Of a DNA stretch of 64,000 bases, positions 12,074 through 25,482 are shown piece after piece. A program made the position numbers and the translations under genes. How positions within the stretch are numbered: the first letter of the stretch is position 1; every line of letters starts with the position of its first letter. Under the pieces are notes generated by a model, which worked only from the letters and a program-made list of their open reading frames with translations, searched no databases and had not been told where the DNA came from. This DNA is from Batkoa obscura (lineage: Eukaryota): the NCBI GenBank assembly GCA_030770535.1, contig JASVEC010000024.1:682001-746000 (forward strand). Direction: 5' to 3'.

Positions 12074-14020
12074 ATGGATCAGTCTAGAAGAGGGAAACGT
12101 AACATAGAAGAGCTACAGACATTTCCAGATAATGTCGCCTTGATTAATATGACATCTGAATTGACTCATTTGTTAAAGAATTCTTCACAAACTACTCCTT
12201 TAGATTTTCCACAAAGCGAAGAACTTAACAAGATTAGTGATTTATTAAGTGAGACAGAATACAAAGTCGATGTTTTTGATATAGCTTTAACTTCGCTTTT
12301 AAAAAACTATGATGATGTATTGATAAGACTACAAAATAGAAGCTCTCATCAAAGATATAAGAATAATTCTTCACGTCAAGCTCAAAGTGCTACTAATTCA
12401 CCTAATCTTGGTGCTACTGGCTCTACAAGTTCAAGATTCTCTTCATATACACCTGTGCATGCTAGCTCAAATTCTGCTATTCGTAAAGCTTCACTTACTA
12501 AGATGCCTATAAAAAAAGGTAATATTATAATTATTTTATTTTATTTTATTTTATTTTATTGTTTACAACAGAAACCGTCGATGAAGCTATTGACAGTAGG
12601 TAAAATAATTAATATGCTTCACATAATTTTTTTTAAAATTAATTTAGAAAAGGATCAACACCTAATTTATATAATTCTGATAAAAGACCAGTTAGTAAGT
12701 TTTTTTTCTTAATAACGATTCACAAATTAAACTTGAAAAGTAAATCGAAGGAGAACAGCAGAATCAATTAAAGCAAATCCTTTAACTAAGACGCCTGAAA
12801 CTCCAACTAAAGAAAATGTTTTAGCTAAACCTGTAATCATTTTATTAAATATATAAAATAGTAATAATAATATCATATTAGACAAACAATAGATTAGCAT
12901 CCTTAAAAGACGAATCTTTTGAATCACCTTCACCTTCTCTGGCTTCTCCTGTTCACACAAATACAATGTCATATGATCCAAATCATAGATCAAGTCTTTT
13001 AATTGCCTCAGAATCGGAACCAACCTATGCTCATAATGCTACAGCATTTCAGGATTTTAGGCCAAAAATGGTAGTCAATAAGGATTTTAGCAAAGCTAAA
13101 GGAACATTTTCAGTACCAATCCAAACCTTTTTAAACTATGCCGAAGGCTATTTAAGACCTTTGACTGAAGGAGATTTAAAAATACTTGAACCAAAAGAAG
13201 TCGATCCTTCTCTTTATGAAATCCCAGAAAATGGTAAAAGTTATAAAGAAGTATGGGAAGAGGAAGACAGAGATGCCAAGGCCTCTTCAAATGGTAAAGA
13301 GCCCGAATTTACCCCTGCGCCTGATCAACCTTACTTTGATGATCCTTCTTTTTTTACACATAGACTGTACTCAGCCCTTTTACCTGTTGTGGGAGACCGA
13401 GATGATGCATCTTCAGAAGCTGGAAGTGAAAACAGTGAAGAAATGAGTCCATCGGAAACTCATCAGGTAATATTAGAAAACAAACCAAATCCAACGATAT
13501 TTGAAGATAGGTTAAAAGAAGAGCTTTGTCCAATCGGATTATTAGACGCAGAATCTAAACCAGAACCTGAATATGATGAAATAACGTTAGAGCTGATAAA
13601 ACTACAGACTCAACTTAGGGATTTAAACAAATATAATAATGCCAAAAAAATGAAATTGAAAAAAATTGCAGAAGAACATTTGGCTTATCAAGAGTATACC
13701 AAAGCAATGGATACCTTGGATTCAAAACTGGAACAAAGCTATGCAAAAAGACAGGTAAACTTCAATTTTTCGAATTGCTTTTTATTAATCTTTATCAGAG
13801 TGCAAATAAAAATCGTCGTAAGAAAAATAGTACACAACCAAAAGGATTACCAGAAGGAGCATCTCAAACCTTAGAGTTAAGAAACCGAGTCATAAGGAAT
13901 ATTGGTTGTTTTTTTGATCCTGAAAGACTTCTCCTTCCAACTAGTTCTATTTTTAAATCAATTCCTAGACCTGAGTCGTTAACTAATGACCTCTTTGAGG
14001 TTGAGGAAGTGTCTGAATAG
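12074..14020 (+). CDS. ADA3: SAGA/ADA HAT-module subunit Ada3 (Ngg1), multi-exon
   Basis: PIQTFLNYAEGYLRPLTEGDL, IPENGKSYKEVWEEED, FEDRLKEEL..GLLD, DEITLELIKLQTQL, EHLAYQEY motifs typical of Ada3; several short introns between 12519 and 13798. Confidence 0.85.
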
Positions 14021-14690
14021 TTATAAATTATTTTAGTTGTTTGTTTTATTTCCGTTGTTTCTTATTTGCAAATTTCTTATACTCTTCATTTAACTTTATC
14101 TAGGAATTAAAAATATCGATATTCATACATGATGATTATTATAACATGATTTGTATTAGGCTTTGAAGCTTAGTTATTTAAGTAAATCTGTTTTACTATT
14201 ACTATAATTGACTATCAATTTAGTGTATTTTTTTTGAGTTCATGTATTCTTTTTTAATGAAATATTAGCTACTTCATTTAACTTTAAACTATATCGATTA
14301 AAATGATTAAATGTGATAAAAATCAATCAAATAGTAACATTAGAAATAGCAGATTATTATGTAGCTTGAATGAAATATTAAAATGATACTACATATACAA
14401 ACACTCTTTTAAAAGGTCTTTTATTCAATATATCAGCTTAGTTGTATTTTAGCAACTATGGTTCATATGGTCTGACTAATATTGCGGCTATAATTTTGTT
14501 CCGATATTTAAAACCATATCTATTGTTTATAAAATAAGCACCCTGTCTAATATAAATATATTAAATAAAGATATTAATGAATCAAAAGATAGTCCAATTT
14601 ATAATAATCTAAATATTACTCTATTCTTTTACTTTTAAAATTTATTTCTAATTTTAAATACTTACTCTATTCGTAAATTATATCTAAGAG

Positions 14691-14762
14691 TCCTCATTGG
14701 TCCAGTGGTTAGGATCCCACGCTCTCACCGTGGTGGCCAGGGTTCGATTCCCTGATGGGGAG
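14691..14762 (+). tRNA. tRNA-Glu(CTC)
   Basis: Acceptor TCCTCAT/ATGGGGA, anticodon arm CCACG-CTCTCAC-CGTGG, GGTTCGATTCC. Confidence 0.95.
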
Positions 14763-15097
14763 GATTATTTTTATCCTTTTCTCTGAGCAGTTGTTCAGAT
14801 TGTAACTTTTAATTATATTAAATTAAATAGTTAAGTAAGAACGTGTGACGTAACTGTACTTTTTTATTCATAAAATATTACATTTTTAGATGGTATTAAG
14901 CTATTTGTATTGCCCATAAGTGATTTTTATTAACTAATCATTTCAAACATAGATATTGGTATATTTGTTAAATAAATTTGTATTAATAGTTTAATAATCA
15001 ACAGTTCGAAAGTTGTTTTGTAAATAAATTTATATAAATACATGAAAAAATACATTTTAATTTAATAATATAAATATGGTTAATATGACTATAGTAT

Positions 15098-16946
15098 TTA
15101 TAACTTAATGAAAGTTTTAAAATAGCTTAAAACTTTCTCCACAGATGCATTCGATTGATTAAAAGAAATATAACCATCAGGGCGTACGATAAAAAAGGTA
15201 GGGATCCCACTCGAAAAGCCAAAATCCCTAATACCCCATTTCTCAATATCTAAATAAGTATTATTTTTTTCAAAGCTTTGTTGAACTATCTGTAAGTCGG
15301 TTTGATCTAAGCCTTGAATTTCCTTCTCAATATAGTAGCCCCATTGCTTAATGTTAAACATTTGTTGATCAAGTATGAAGCTTAATTGGAATAAGCCACC
15401 ATTCATTTTAGATTGTAATTTATTCATTTCTTCGTCATGCTTTAATTCTTTGATAAACTTTACTAATTTGTTGAAGGATTTAAAGTTTAACCAAGATTCT
15501 GGGATATGAACAAAGATTTCAAACTTATCTCTGCCATTTAAAATCTTGTGAATGGAGGTTGAGTTGCTATTAATGTCAATTATTAAGTTATCAGGGACTC
15601 TTAACCCAACTCCTGGAATTTTAGAGTTGCTAATCCAACCCCGAGAATATTTTTTAGTTAATTCATTCTCATTATACTCGATTCCAATTTCTGAAAGGGT
15701 ATCTACTGCTTGATTCTGTACAAACTGAAACGATAAAAAGAAAGGTACCAATGTCTTTTTCAAGTAGGATACTAGAATATTTGATTCACTAAATAAATTT
15801 CTAATTGCAGCCCCTGAGTTTTTAATTACCATATCTGCTACTGAACTTCTCTCTTCATTGAAGGTATTAAATAACTCTCTTTCTTTCCCTACCCCTTTAA
15901 GAACCAGAGATAGTTTCCATGCTAAATTATAGGAATCCTGGATTCCAGTATTCATACCTTGACCACCAGCTGGGGAGTGAGTATGGGCAGCATCGCCACA
16001 TAAAAATACATTATTCTTAAAATGAGTCTCAGAGGTACATTCATTAATTTTGAATGTATTTTTCCATAGTATTTGATCAATTTCTAGCTTTGTACTCCCA
16101 GCTAATTTCTTTACTAATTCAATAAATTCTTCGTTAGTAATCTCATCTTTGTCTTCTTCTTTTTTCAAAATAAAACGACCATAATCTTTTTTCACCCAGA
16201 TTAATCCCATCATATCTTTTTCATCTGTCAAAGCTCTAGTTTATCATTAGAATACTATGTTTATTATCAAAATAAAAAACTTACAATGCAAAAGGTTCTT
16301 GTGTAAAGTCTGTGTTTACCATCGCATCAATGCAAGTTAACTGGATGTTGACACTTTCTCCGGTAAATTTTATGTTTGCTATTTTTCTTACGACTGATCT
16401 GGCTCCATCACATCCAATGACGTACTTGAACTTAATTCTTTCCTTTTTACTATCTTTCAAATGCTTAACAATTGCACTTTCAAACACTTTTTTCTCATCA
16501 TTCCACTCCAATTGCTCCAATTCTACACCATTATGAACCTCATGACCAACTTCAATGACCTTTTCAGCTAAAATACGTTCGGTTTCACTTTGAATTAATC
16601 CAACAACGGTGGGATGAGGGGAGTGGCTTAAAGGTAACTTAAGTTCAAAAATTTTCTCTCCATTCTTATAAATATGAGAATAAAAAGGCCCACTTTTACC
16701 TTCTTTTTTGATTGTATCAATAACCTCCAGTTGATCAAAGATCTCTTGCGTTCTTGAATGAATCGCAAAAGCCCTAGAATATGGATAGATTTCCGTCTTC
16801 TTCTCAATAATTTTAAAGCTAATATTATCTCTAGCTAGTAAATTCGCCATTACTAAACCTACTGGTCCTGCTCCAGCTATAAGCACATCTACCTCGCTTT
16901 CGAGGTCCACTTTATTATTATTGTTTATTTGGTTTTGTTCACTCAT
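15098..16946 (-). CDS. FAD-dependent monooxygenase (FAD_binding_3, PheA/TfdB-like), copy 1; intron 16236-16284
   Basis: GAGPVG, GCDGARS, GDAAHTHSPAGGQGMNTGIQD, C-terminal VRPDGY. Confidence 0.92.
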
Positions 16947-18297
16947 TTGATTTTTTTACACTGCGAGGATTCAACTTTTACTCCTTATATAGTTTTCTCA
17001 CCTTTTCGTAAAACAGATTTTGACTTTTTTTTGCTAAATTGTGTCGGTTTATTTTGATTAGGAATGTAAACCGACACGTAATAAAGTTCATGATTCAGCT
17101 TAAAATTTTAGCCTATATTCACCGAAAAATTTTGACATAATTTTGTTTATAATTTTCCGCAGTTAAGTAATAGTTTTGCTGTTATAATTTTTCATCTTAT
17201 ATCTTATATTAATGAAGTTTCATTTTATTTCCGTATTTTTTATTTAATAACTATAGTCGGTTTATTTATGGTTTTCGTCAATTGGTATATTATCGGTATT
17301 CTTTTTTGTATTTTATTTAAGAAATCAAAGCAAGTTACTCTGTTTATGAAATCAATTGTTAAAAATAGTTTAAATACTTATTTAAGATCCTACAAATCTA
17401 AACAAACCAAGCCTTCTAATGGATGAGCAATACAAAAAGCTAGCATATATTATCAATCATATAGCTGAGCTTTATTTAATATACAGGATTTTAAATTAGC
17501 TAGTTGTCAGCCATGTTTTCTAGAAATTCATTTTGAATTTGTTTTTTTAGGTAACTTTTAATCCTTGAAAGTTAAAAGGGTATTTTTGTTCAAATTAACT
17601 TAGTAAATAGCCCTTTTAACTCTTAACGTTCTGCTTTATGCAACTCTTTTTCTTCTCCTTCCCCAATCTTAACCATTAGAAGCTTTGAAAATAAAATACT
17701 CTAGAATTCTGGTTTTTTTCGTGATTTATAAAGAAAACATGAAAGTAGAGAAATATTTTTGGTATTGTGTCTTTAATAATATTAAATACCATCACTAAAA
17801 GCACGAAATGTATAAAAAAACCTTTTGAATGTTGAATAATGTCATATTATTGAAAGTTGAAATTATTAATTAATGCTAACGTCTATTTAAAAAATAACTA
17901 CACAATAATGTACTAATTCGTTAGTAGCTATAAATCTTATCTAATTTATTACTAAATTTTAATAAAGACAACAAAATTGATAATAGATAGCCCCATAAAT
18001 AATGCTTCGAACATAGTTTAAAACAACGATAAAGGTACATTATTTTCATATGTAGCGATCAAAACTGTTTATGTACTAAAAACGTCTGCCTTTTGACCTT
18101 TTTAAATATAAAATGTTATTTCAAGTTGAAAGATTATTCCTATTAGCATCAGAGCTAATAGAAGGAGCTAATAAAGGAATCATAAAAATTCAAAAACTAC
18201 ACCAAATACTTTAGTCTAACTTTCAATTTAAAAGTATATTAAACTTTAGAAATAAATTTGACATATCTGAAAAATTATGTTATTACTAAAGTAGCAT

Positions 18298-19455
18298 AAA
18301 ATTAAAAATTGTAGCTTTAAACATTATAATTTATATATTATTATAAAGTAAAAAATAGGATATTTTTAAAGATTTGAAGTTAAATTGAGTTTATTAAAAA
18401 ACTACTAAAAAAAGTAACCGAAATTCATTAAAGTGTGCCCAACCTAAGAAATGTGCTATTAAATTTTTAAAAATCCGTTACAACAGTAAAATCATTTACC
18501 CCTATCAACACATGTTTCTAAGTAAATGTAATACTAAGAGAGAACAAATCCATCATATCATTGTAAAAAATAGTCCTTTTTATGATGTATATATCTTCCT
18601 TTTAATTAATGACCCCACCTTTACCATATTATAAATATGAATATATGAATATATGAGAACACTTTATTGGTCATATAAAAAGAAATAATAATACAGTTTA
18701 GAATTTTTAAAAAATCAGTTAATTAGATCTTTATACTTTAAAACAACAGTACTATAACATAATATGCAACTTTCTAATGTTATCGCTTTTTCTATTGCCT
18801 TGATCGCCACTTCAATAAATGCTTTATGTAATCCAACCTGTGTATCAGCTATTCAAGGTCAACTTCAATCACAATGTGGAAGTGGCACAAACACAAATAG
18901 CAATATTTGTTTATGTAACAACTATTCACAGTTGATGCAATGTTTCAATGGATGTAATGATGCACAGAGTCAAAATGAACTCATGAATTATCAAGCACAA
19001 GCTAGAAATGTATGTAATACTGCACTTCAAGGAGCTAGTTTACCAGTCAATAATAATTTTATTGGAATGAATGGACAAGCTACTCAAATCCCTAATGGTC
19101 CTACTCCAACCATTAATGGCCTCTTTGCAGCTTCTACAATAGGTACCGATTTACATATCAGTGCTGGTAACACCGATGTTATTGTACCTTTCTCTGGGTC
19201 ACCTCAAAATACTAATGTACCAGTTGTTGGATCTCTTTATTCTTCTTATAGTCTTGGTTCTATTACTGTTGGCTACAAATCATCTGCTGCACCTACCTTT
19301 ACATTCCGTTCTGCATCCAATTCCAATACCATTGATGGTAAAACGGTATCAATTATATGTATTTGTACTACTGTTTTATCTATCTTATCATACTTATTAT
19401 GATTCAAACTTTATAAAATACTAAATAATAATTACTAATAAAAAAATATTAAAAT
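18298..19455 (+). repeat. ~1.15-kb segmental duplication, copy 1 (copy 2 about 28412-29568)
   Basis: Near-identical promoter, CDS and 3' flank at an offset of 10114 bp. Confidence 0.93.
18764..19402 (+). CDS. Secreted 8-Cys CFEM-like, probably GPI-anchored surface protein
   Basis: Signal peptide, 8 Cys including CxC and Cx3C, S/T/P-rich stalk, hydrophobic C-terminus. Confidence 0.85.
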   Translation: MQLSNVIAFSIALIATSINALCNPTCVSAIQGQLQSQCGSGTNTNSNICLCNNYSQLMQCFNGCNDAQSQNELMNYQAQARNVCNTALQGASLPVNNNFIGMNGQATQIPNGPTPTINGLFAASTIGTDLHISAGNTDVIVPFSGSPQNTNVPVVGSLYSSYSLGSITVGYKSSAAPTFTFRSASNSNTIDGKTVSIICICTTVLSILSYLL

Positions 19456-19679
19456 TTGTCATTTTTTATTACAAAAGTTATTGTATTTTTATATATAACT
19501 GAATATGACTTGTATTAACAAATGTAAAGATATTGAATTTACTTGATTAGTAATTAATGCTCTAAAAAACGATTGCAGCTGCTGATTGATAATTTTTTAA
19601 CTATCCAGTGCTAGTTGTATAAATGCTAGTATTTACAAAAGTATGATTTTTCATTAACGTGATGGAGTTTACAATATAT

Positions 19680-19932
19680 GGGAATGTTCTTTGCCAATTG
19701 TTCTTTTTGTTTTCTAGAATTTAGAAGTTAACTAATTCAGAGCTGTTTAAGTTCAAATGTGTGCTGGCAAATGATGAATTTTAGAACTATTTATTCTACA
19801 TACTGATTTGAGGGTTATTTTTTTAAATGAAACTAACTAGTACACATTTAAGCTTGAACAGAGTTATCTGTATTAATTAATTTCTAAATTTTAGAAAAAT
19901 AACAAAAAGGATAATTGACAAAAAAGATTTCC
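19680..19932. mobile_element. Fold-back MITE (family B) with ~105-bp imperfect inverted arms
   Basis: Left arm aligns with the reverse complement of the right arm; flanked by ATAT/ATGT. Confidence 0.8.
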
Positions 19933-20710
19933 ATGTAATGGAATAATCATCAACAGAAATACTCTCAATTTCCATGTGAAATATCTGAGTCAATGTTAAA
20001 GTTTCATTTTGACCATCACTGTCATTTTTGAAATACGTGTTTATAATACCTTACTGTATAAGTCACCAAGTGTATATCCCTATTTTATCATCTGAATTAA
20101 TATAAATTTTGACACAACATTTAACTTGTTGTTTTTAACTATAATACTTAATTTAGAATAAGAGACCATTTCACTTAATAGAGTTATAAAATTTGCTTAT
20201 TATTTTAGTATTTTATTTATAATTTCGCGCCTACAATAATCTGTTATCCTAAAAAGGGTTACCTCAACTTAATCTAAAATTATATAGTCTTATAGTAGAC
20301 TTTTCAGCTTATATGCCTACTCCAATATAATATCAAACTTTGATTTACCTAGAAGAATATCAATCACACTTTTTTGCTTACTTTTTAAATAAAATTGACT
20401 GCTGTTTATTACTTTATAAAATATATTCAAATAAATAACTCTTAATTTTTTATTAGTGAATTGAGAAGTTTAGATTTAATAAATGTTCCTATACTATTAT
20501 AAAAATGCCTTAATATATATATTTATTACTTACTGTAAGTAAAGAGCAAAACTTAATATTAAACTTTATAAGGTTTTTATTAATTTGCTATTTTCATTAA
20601 AATACAAACAATGCAAATAGTTTAGAAGATTAATATTTAAAATCCAACCAATCATTGGATCCTGTAAAGTTCAATTAAGCCATTTGATATTTCAAAATAT
20701 TCTTATTGAG

Positions 20711-22633
20711 ATGACAGTGACAACTAAAAAGAAGAACAATAAAACCAAGGGTATAGTAAAAGTAATTTTAAGAGGATATTGTTTTAACTTTTAATATAGT
20801 GGTTGAAGAAGCCTCCACTGTAAATCGTGGTGCCATAAACTACCACTGCGATTATTGTCAAGTAGACATTGTAGATCACAGGATTCGGTGTAACGAGTGT
20901 GAAGAGTTTGATTTATGTGTATTTTGTTTTTCCCATGGAGTAGAAATAGCTGGGCATAAAAGAAATCATTCTTATAGCATTATTGTATTTCCATTTATTT
21001 ATTTATAATTGTTTCCTAATCAAATATAGAAAAAACATACTTTCCCTATATTTGATGAAAAATGGGGAGCAGATGAAGAATTGTTGCTAATAGAAGCTTT
21101 AGAAATGTATGGAATTGGTGCTTGGGCAGATTGTGCCGAATATCTTGGTTCGAAAACTAAAGATGAATGTAGGGATCATTATATCAATACGTATTTAAAA
21201 TCAGAAATATGTCCTTTACCAGTAATCCAGTTCAACAACTCTTTATTCATTTACTTATATATTAGGATACGACTAAGAATTTTGATCCAGAGATTGATAC
21301 AACACTAAGTAGAAAATATTATAAAGCAGGAGGTAAAATGATTCTTAATTTTAATGCGTATTATTAATTTCTTTTTATCTCTTTTTAAGTGGCTAAAAAC
21401 AAAGTAATTTAACTTCTTGTTATTTATAGAAACTTCAATTTACATTTGCCGCATTTAGGTTTGGGCTTCACAACCTTCTAACCATGATGTACAAGGCTTC
21501 ATGCCTGGAAGATTAGAGTTTGAAACTGAGTATGATAATGAAGGAGAGAATGCAATCAAAGAGATAGCATTCCATGAAGATGATCATCCTGAAGAAGTAG
21601 GTATGAACAATATGTATTTAATAAGCTTCTGTAGTAAAATCAATAAATAGAATTTAAACTGGCGCTACTGGATTCATATAACAATAAATTAAACAAACGA
21701 GAATATCGTAAAAGGTTTTTAACGCTACACAATTTAACCGAATATAAAAAGGTAATTTTATATATGTTTATAATTATTTACTAAGATTTTTAGAACCAAG
21801 CAATTGATAAAAAAAGAAGTAGAGAAGGGAGGCAAATTTACAATGGATTAAAAGTATTTGCACGCTTACAGTCCCCAGATGACTACAAGGAGTTATGCCA
21901 AGGATTAATTAGTAATAGCAGAACTGTTAATGAATGAATCATAAAACTTAATTTTAATGTAGAAGAAGAACAAATAAAAAATCAAATTTTAAAATTGCAA
22001 GAATATAAAAAGAATGGACTCAGTAACTTTGAAGAAGTTGAAGAATTTGAATCTGCTAAATCAGTCAGAGTAACCCATAGCATTTTTAGTTTATTTGTTT
22101 GATAGTTATTTATTTATTTTAGAGCATCACTATCAAACCTAGCCTTCCGAAAGATCGCAACACCTCTTTTGTGGTTGATAAAGCAGTACTTTCCCACTCT
22201 GCTATCAAATGGCCTGATTCTACGGCACCAGTAAAATTTAATTACATATGTTTGATATAGAGGCTAATTGAAAATATAGGCAGTAAATATTGAAACGGTT
22301 GAAAAACAAAGAACGATAGGACGTAAAGCAAGTAAGTTTAATATTCTAATTTAAAAGAAAAATATTTATTTTTAAGTTCAACCACTTGATATTAGTGGAG
22401 CTGAAGGAATTGAGCTCCTTCTCCCTGATGAAATTCAGTTATGCTCTGCATTAAGGTTGTACCCAAAGACATACCTTAGTATTAAAGAAACTTTAATTAA
22501 AGAATGTGCTACACGTGGGTCATTGAGAAGACGTCAAGCTAGGGAGCTAATTAAAATTGATGTCAATAAGACTGCTAGAGTCTATGACTTTTTATCTATG
22601 ATGGGCTGGGTTCGTGCCCATCCTCAAACTTAA
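20711..22633 (+). CDS. ADA2: SAGA/ADA HAT-module subunit Ada2 (ZZ finger, SANT, SWIRM), about 11 exons
   Basis: [75 protein letters not shown]; first intron 20751-20799. Confidence 0.93.
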
Positions 22634-23437
22634 CCTTTTAAAATGTTATCACTATTAAATTATTTGACTTAATTTCTGTATAATTTGTTTTGACTATATT
22701 TATATGAAGGTCATTATGAATTCAAGGTTAAATAGCGATACGAAATCTTATTGAAACTTTATTTAAATTAAAATATGCTATAAAATTATTATATAAGTGT
22801 AAATCAAGTTTTTAGGAGTTATTTTTGAAAGCACCATTTTTAAGACTATTATTATATACAATATTAGTTTAAAATCGGAATTTTGCTTTAAAAATATAAT
22901 CCGATTTTTACAAACTCGATTGATTTGTAACATTACCTCATTCAAATTTTTGAAAGCAATCGGAATGCTTACGTCAACAAAAAGCAGTATACTAAATATA
23001 TTGATAAAATACTTAGCCCATATCACCCTAAAATTTTCAATTCGGTCCAATTTAAAGCTATAAAGTACATGGTGAACACTCCAAAGGACTAAGATAAGTA
23101 TTAGTATATTTTAAAACCTTTTTAGAATTTTTTGTTAAATTGTTTTGTTAGATTTGTTAAAGTTATTCACCTATATGATAGAAATAGACGAAAGGAGTTA
23201 ATCATAATTCATATTAAATATTATATGATATCTAGATGACTGTCACTTCCAACTTTTTTTGCATATTAAATTGAGTTAGATAACCTTGGTTTAATATATT
23301 ATCAGTGATAAATAATTCAAAAATAAGAGAATAAGAGGATGTTAAATATGCAATATATTAAACCAGTTTAAAAATAAATTTTAATCAAGGTTACTTGTTA
23401 TAAATAAAAATTTTAAAGTTAGAGTAACATAACACAC

Positions 23438-24315
23438 TTAAATGTTCAACATATGGCCCATTCTAAGTACTTTGGTTCTAATATAGGAATTTAACTCAGT
23501 TTCTTTTTCACTAAATAACTTTGGTATCATCGCAATCCTATTTTCAACTTTAATTCCCAAGTCCTGAATCGTATTAACTTTTTTGGGATTGTTTGTTAAT
23601 AATTGAACCTTATTGATATCAAAATCCTTGTAAATTAATTGTGCTATTTTATAATCTCTTCCATCTTCCGGTAATCCTAACTTTAAATTGGCATCAACAG
23701 TGTCATATCCAATATCCTGTAAATTATAAGCCCTAATTATTTTAGATTAATTAAAATATCAATAAATAATAAAAATTATTACCTCAACTTATTTAATAAT
23801 CCAATGTTACGGCCTTCCTGTCTTAAATATAAAAGTATACCGTCACCATTTTGTTTGATTAAATTCAAAGCCAAATCTAATTGTTCCCCACAATCACACC
23901 TTTTTGACCCAATAGTTTCACCAGTGAAACACTCTGAATGGATTCTAGATAGCGGAATAAGGTCTTCTGGTGTATTGACTATGCTATCTTCAGCACCACG
24001 TATCAATCTTTGATAATCATTATCATTTACCCATTTTTGGTTCAAGGATTTGCTTTTTATCTTTTCACCATATACGATAGCCAAATGCTCTTTGTTATCT
24101 TGATTATTTTGATATAAATGCACATAGAAGTTGCCATACTCCATTGGTATTCTCGTTCTTACCATACATCTTATTTGTAGTTGTTGACTTTCATCATATA
24201 CTTTTGGATGAGAGTTCATTTCAATTATTGGCGTTGTTACACTAGATTTTGGACTACATTCGCCAGATGAACTGTTGTTAGATGTTAAGCCAGGTAAATC
24301 AGTAATATTTAACAT
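23438..24315 (-). CDS. RIB1: GTP cyclohydrolase II; intron 23733-23782
   Basis: RIHSECFTGETIGSKRCDCGEQL, YLRQEGRNIGLLNKLRAYNLQD, LLTNNPKK, ends MGHMLNI*. Confidence 0.95.
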
Positions 24316-24912
24316 TTAAATAATAATTGCAATACAAAAATCTAAAAATAAATTAAATACATGATTTGTATGAAATTATATACTAATACCTTGTTTTAAG
24401 ATAAAGAGATATAGACAACTCAAAAGAGCAAAAAAAACTTGTAAAAATAGTTGGTTAATTTTCTATGGTATCCTTTTTATATTATTATTCCTAACCCAAG
24501 GAATATTACTAATTTTTTTACCTTTAATCATCACAATAATTTTGTTCTTAATGATTGGCTGCTTTCTTTTAGCCTTATCTTTTCCTATTGGTCCTTCGAA
24601 ATTATTATTATTATTAATTTTAATTTTTCAGATGATTATAAATATAAAACGGATAGCATTGAAAGTTAAAATAATAGCAATAAAATAATAATAACTAAAT
24701 AAACAAGGCCTATATTAGTTTAATATAATTAGTTGTATTAATAAAAACAGTATAAGTTTCGCTTTTAAATATTTTGTATTTTATATTAATGTTAATATTA
24801 GCCTAATTAATATCTCTTTTCTGGTTAAACCATTTAATTTAAGCTTAGGTAATCACAAATTAAAATTATAAAGCAGGTAATATTATAATTTATCACAAAT
24901 GTTTAATTTATT

Positions 24913-25482
24913 TTACAAATTAGTAATTTGAATTAAAAAGAAAATGAAAAAGACACCATAATAATAATTAGTGTTAACCAATAGCTTAAAAGCATTAGAG
25001 GCTGAAGAGATACCAGAGTTGGTTTTGTAACCTACTGATAAAGATCCTAAGGTATAAGAATTATAAAGTGAGCCCACAATAGGAGTATTAGTATCCTGAC
25101 TAAGACCATTAGTTGGTACGATAATCTGTGTTGCACCAGCTTGAATTATAACACTACCAGACGCTTTCGCAACCTGAAAAAAATTATCACCACTCATATT
25201 ATTATTTACTCCACTACAATAACTAGCCATTTGCTGTTCTATTTCAGCTTTACGACCTAAGCTCATCAAGTCATTAGGACAATTAGCATAGCAGCCTATT
25301 AGATTGGGCAACCTTTCACAAAAGCATTCGTAGTTTTCCAGGCTACCAGATTGACAATAACTATTTATACTTTCACTCTGTTGAGCTATACATTTATCCA
25401 TTACCTCTCTAGTAGAACATTCACAATTAATTAAATTCAGAAATAAGAAAAATGATAATAATTGAAATAACTTAAACATCAT
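24913..25482 (-). CDS. Secreted CFEM-like, probably GPI-anchored protein (family member)
   Basis: Signal peptide, CxC and Cx3C, shares the AG.T..IVP...TN.P.VGSLY.SY.LGS..VGYK block with 18764. Confidence 0.85.
   Translation of the reverse strand: MMFKLFQLLSFFLFLNLINCECSTREVMDKCIAQQSESINSYCQSGSLENYECFCERLPNLIGCYANCPNDLMSLGRKAEIEQQMASYCSGVNNNMSGDNFFQVAKASGSVIIQAGATQIIVPTNGLSQDTNTPIVGSLYNSYTLGSLSVGYKTNSGISSASNAFKLLVNTNYYYGVFFIFFLIQITNL

Noticed and set aside
22778..23050. ORFs 22778-23050, 24451-24669, 56069-56278 and 57857-58186
   Set aside because: Low-complexity AT-rich translations in UTR or promoter regions with no motifs
1624..24315. Secondary-metabolite cluster of the fusion enzyme, monooxygenase and RIB1
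   Set aside because: No NRPS, PKS, isopropylmalate synthase or transaminase in the window; housekeeping genes are interspersed
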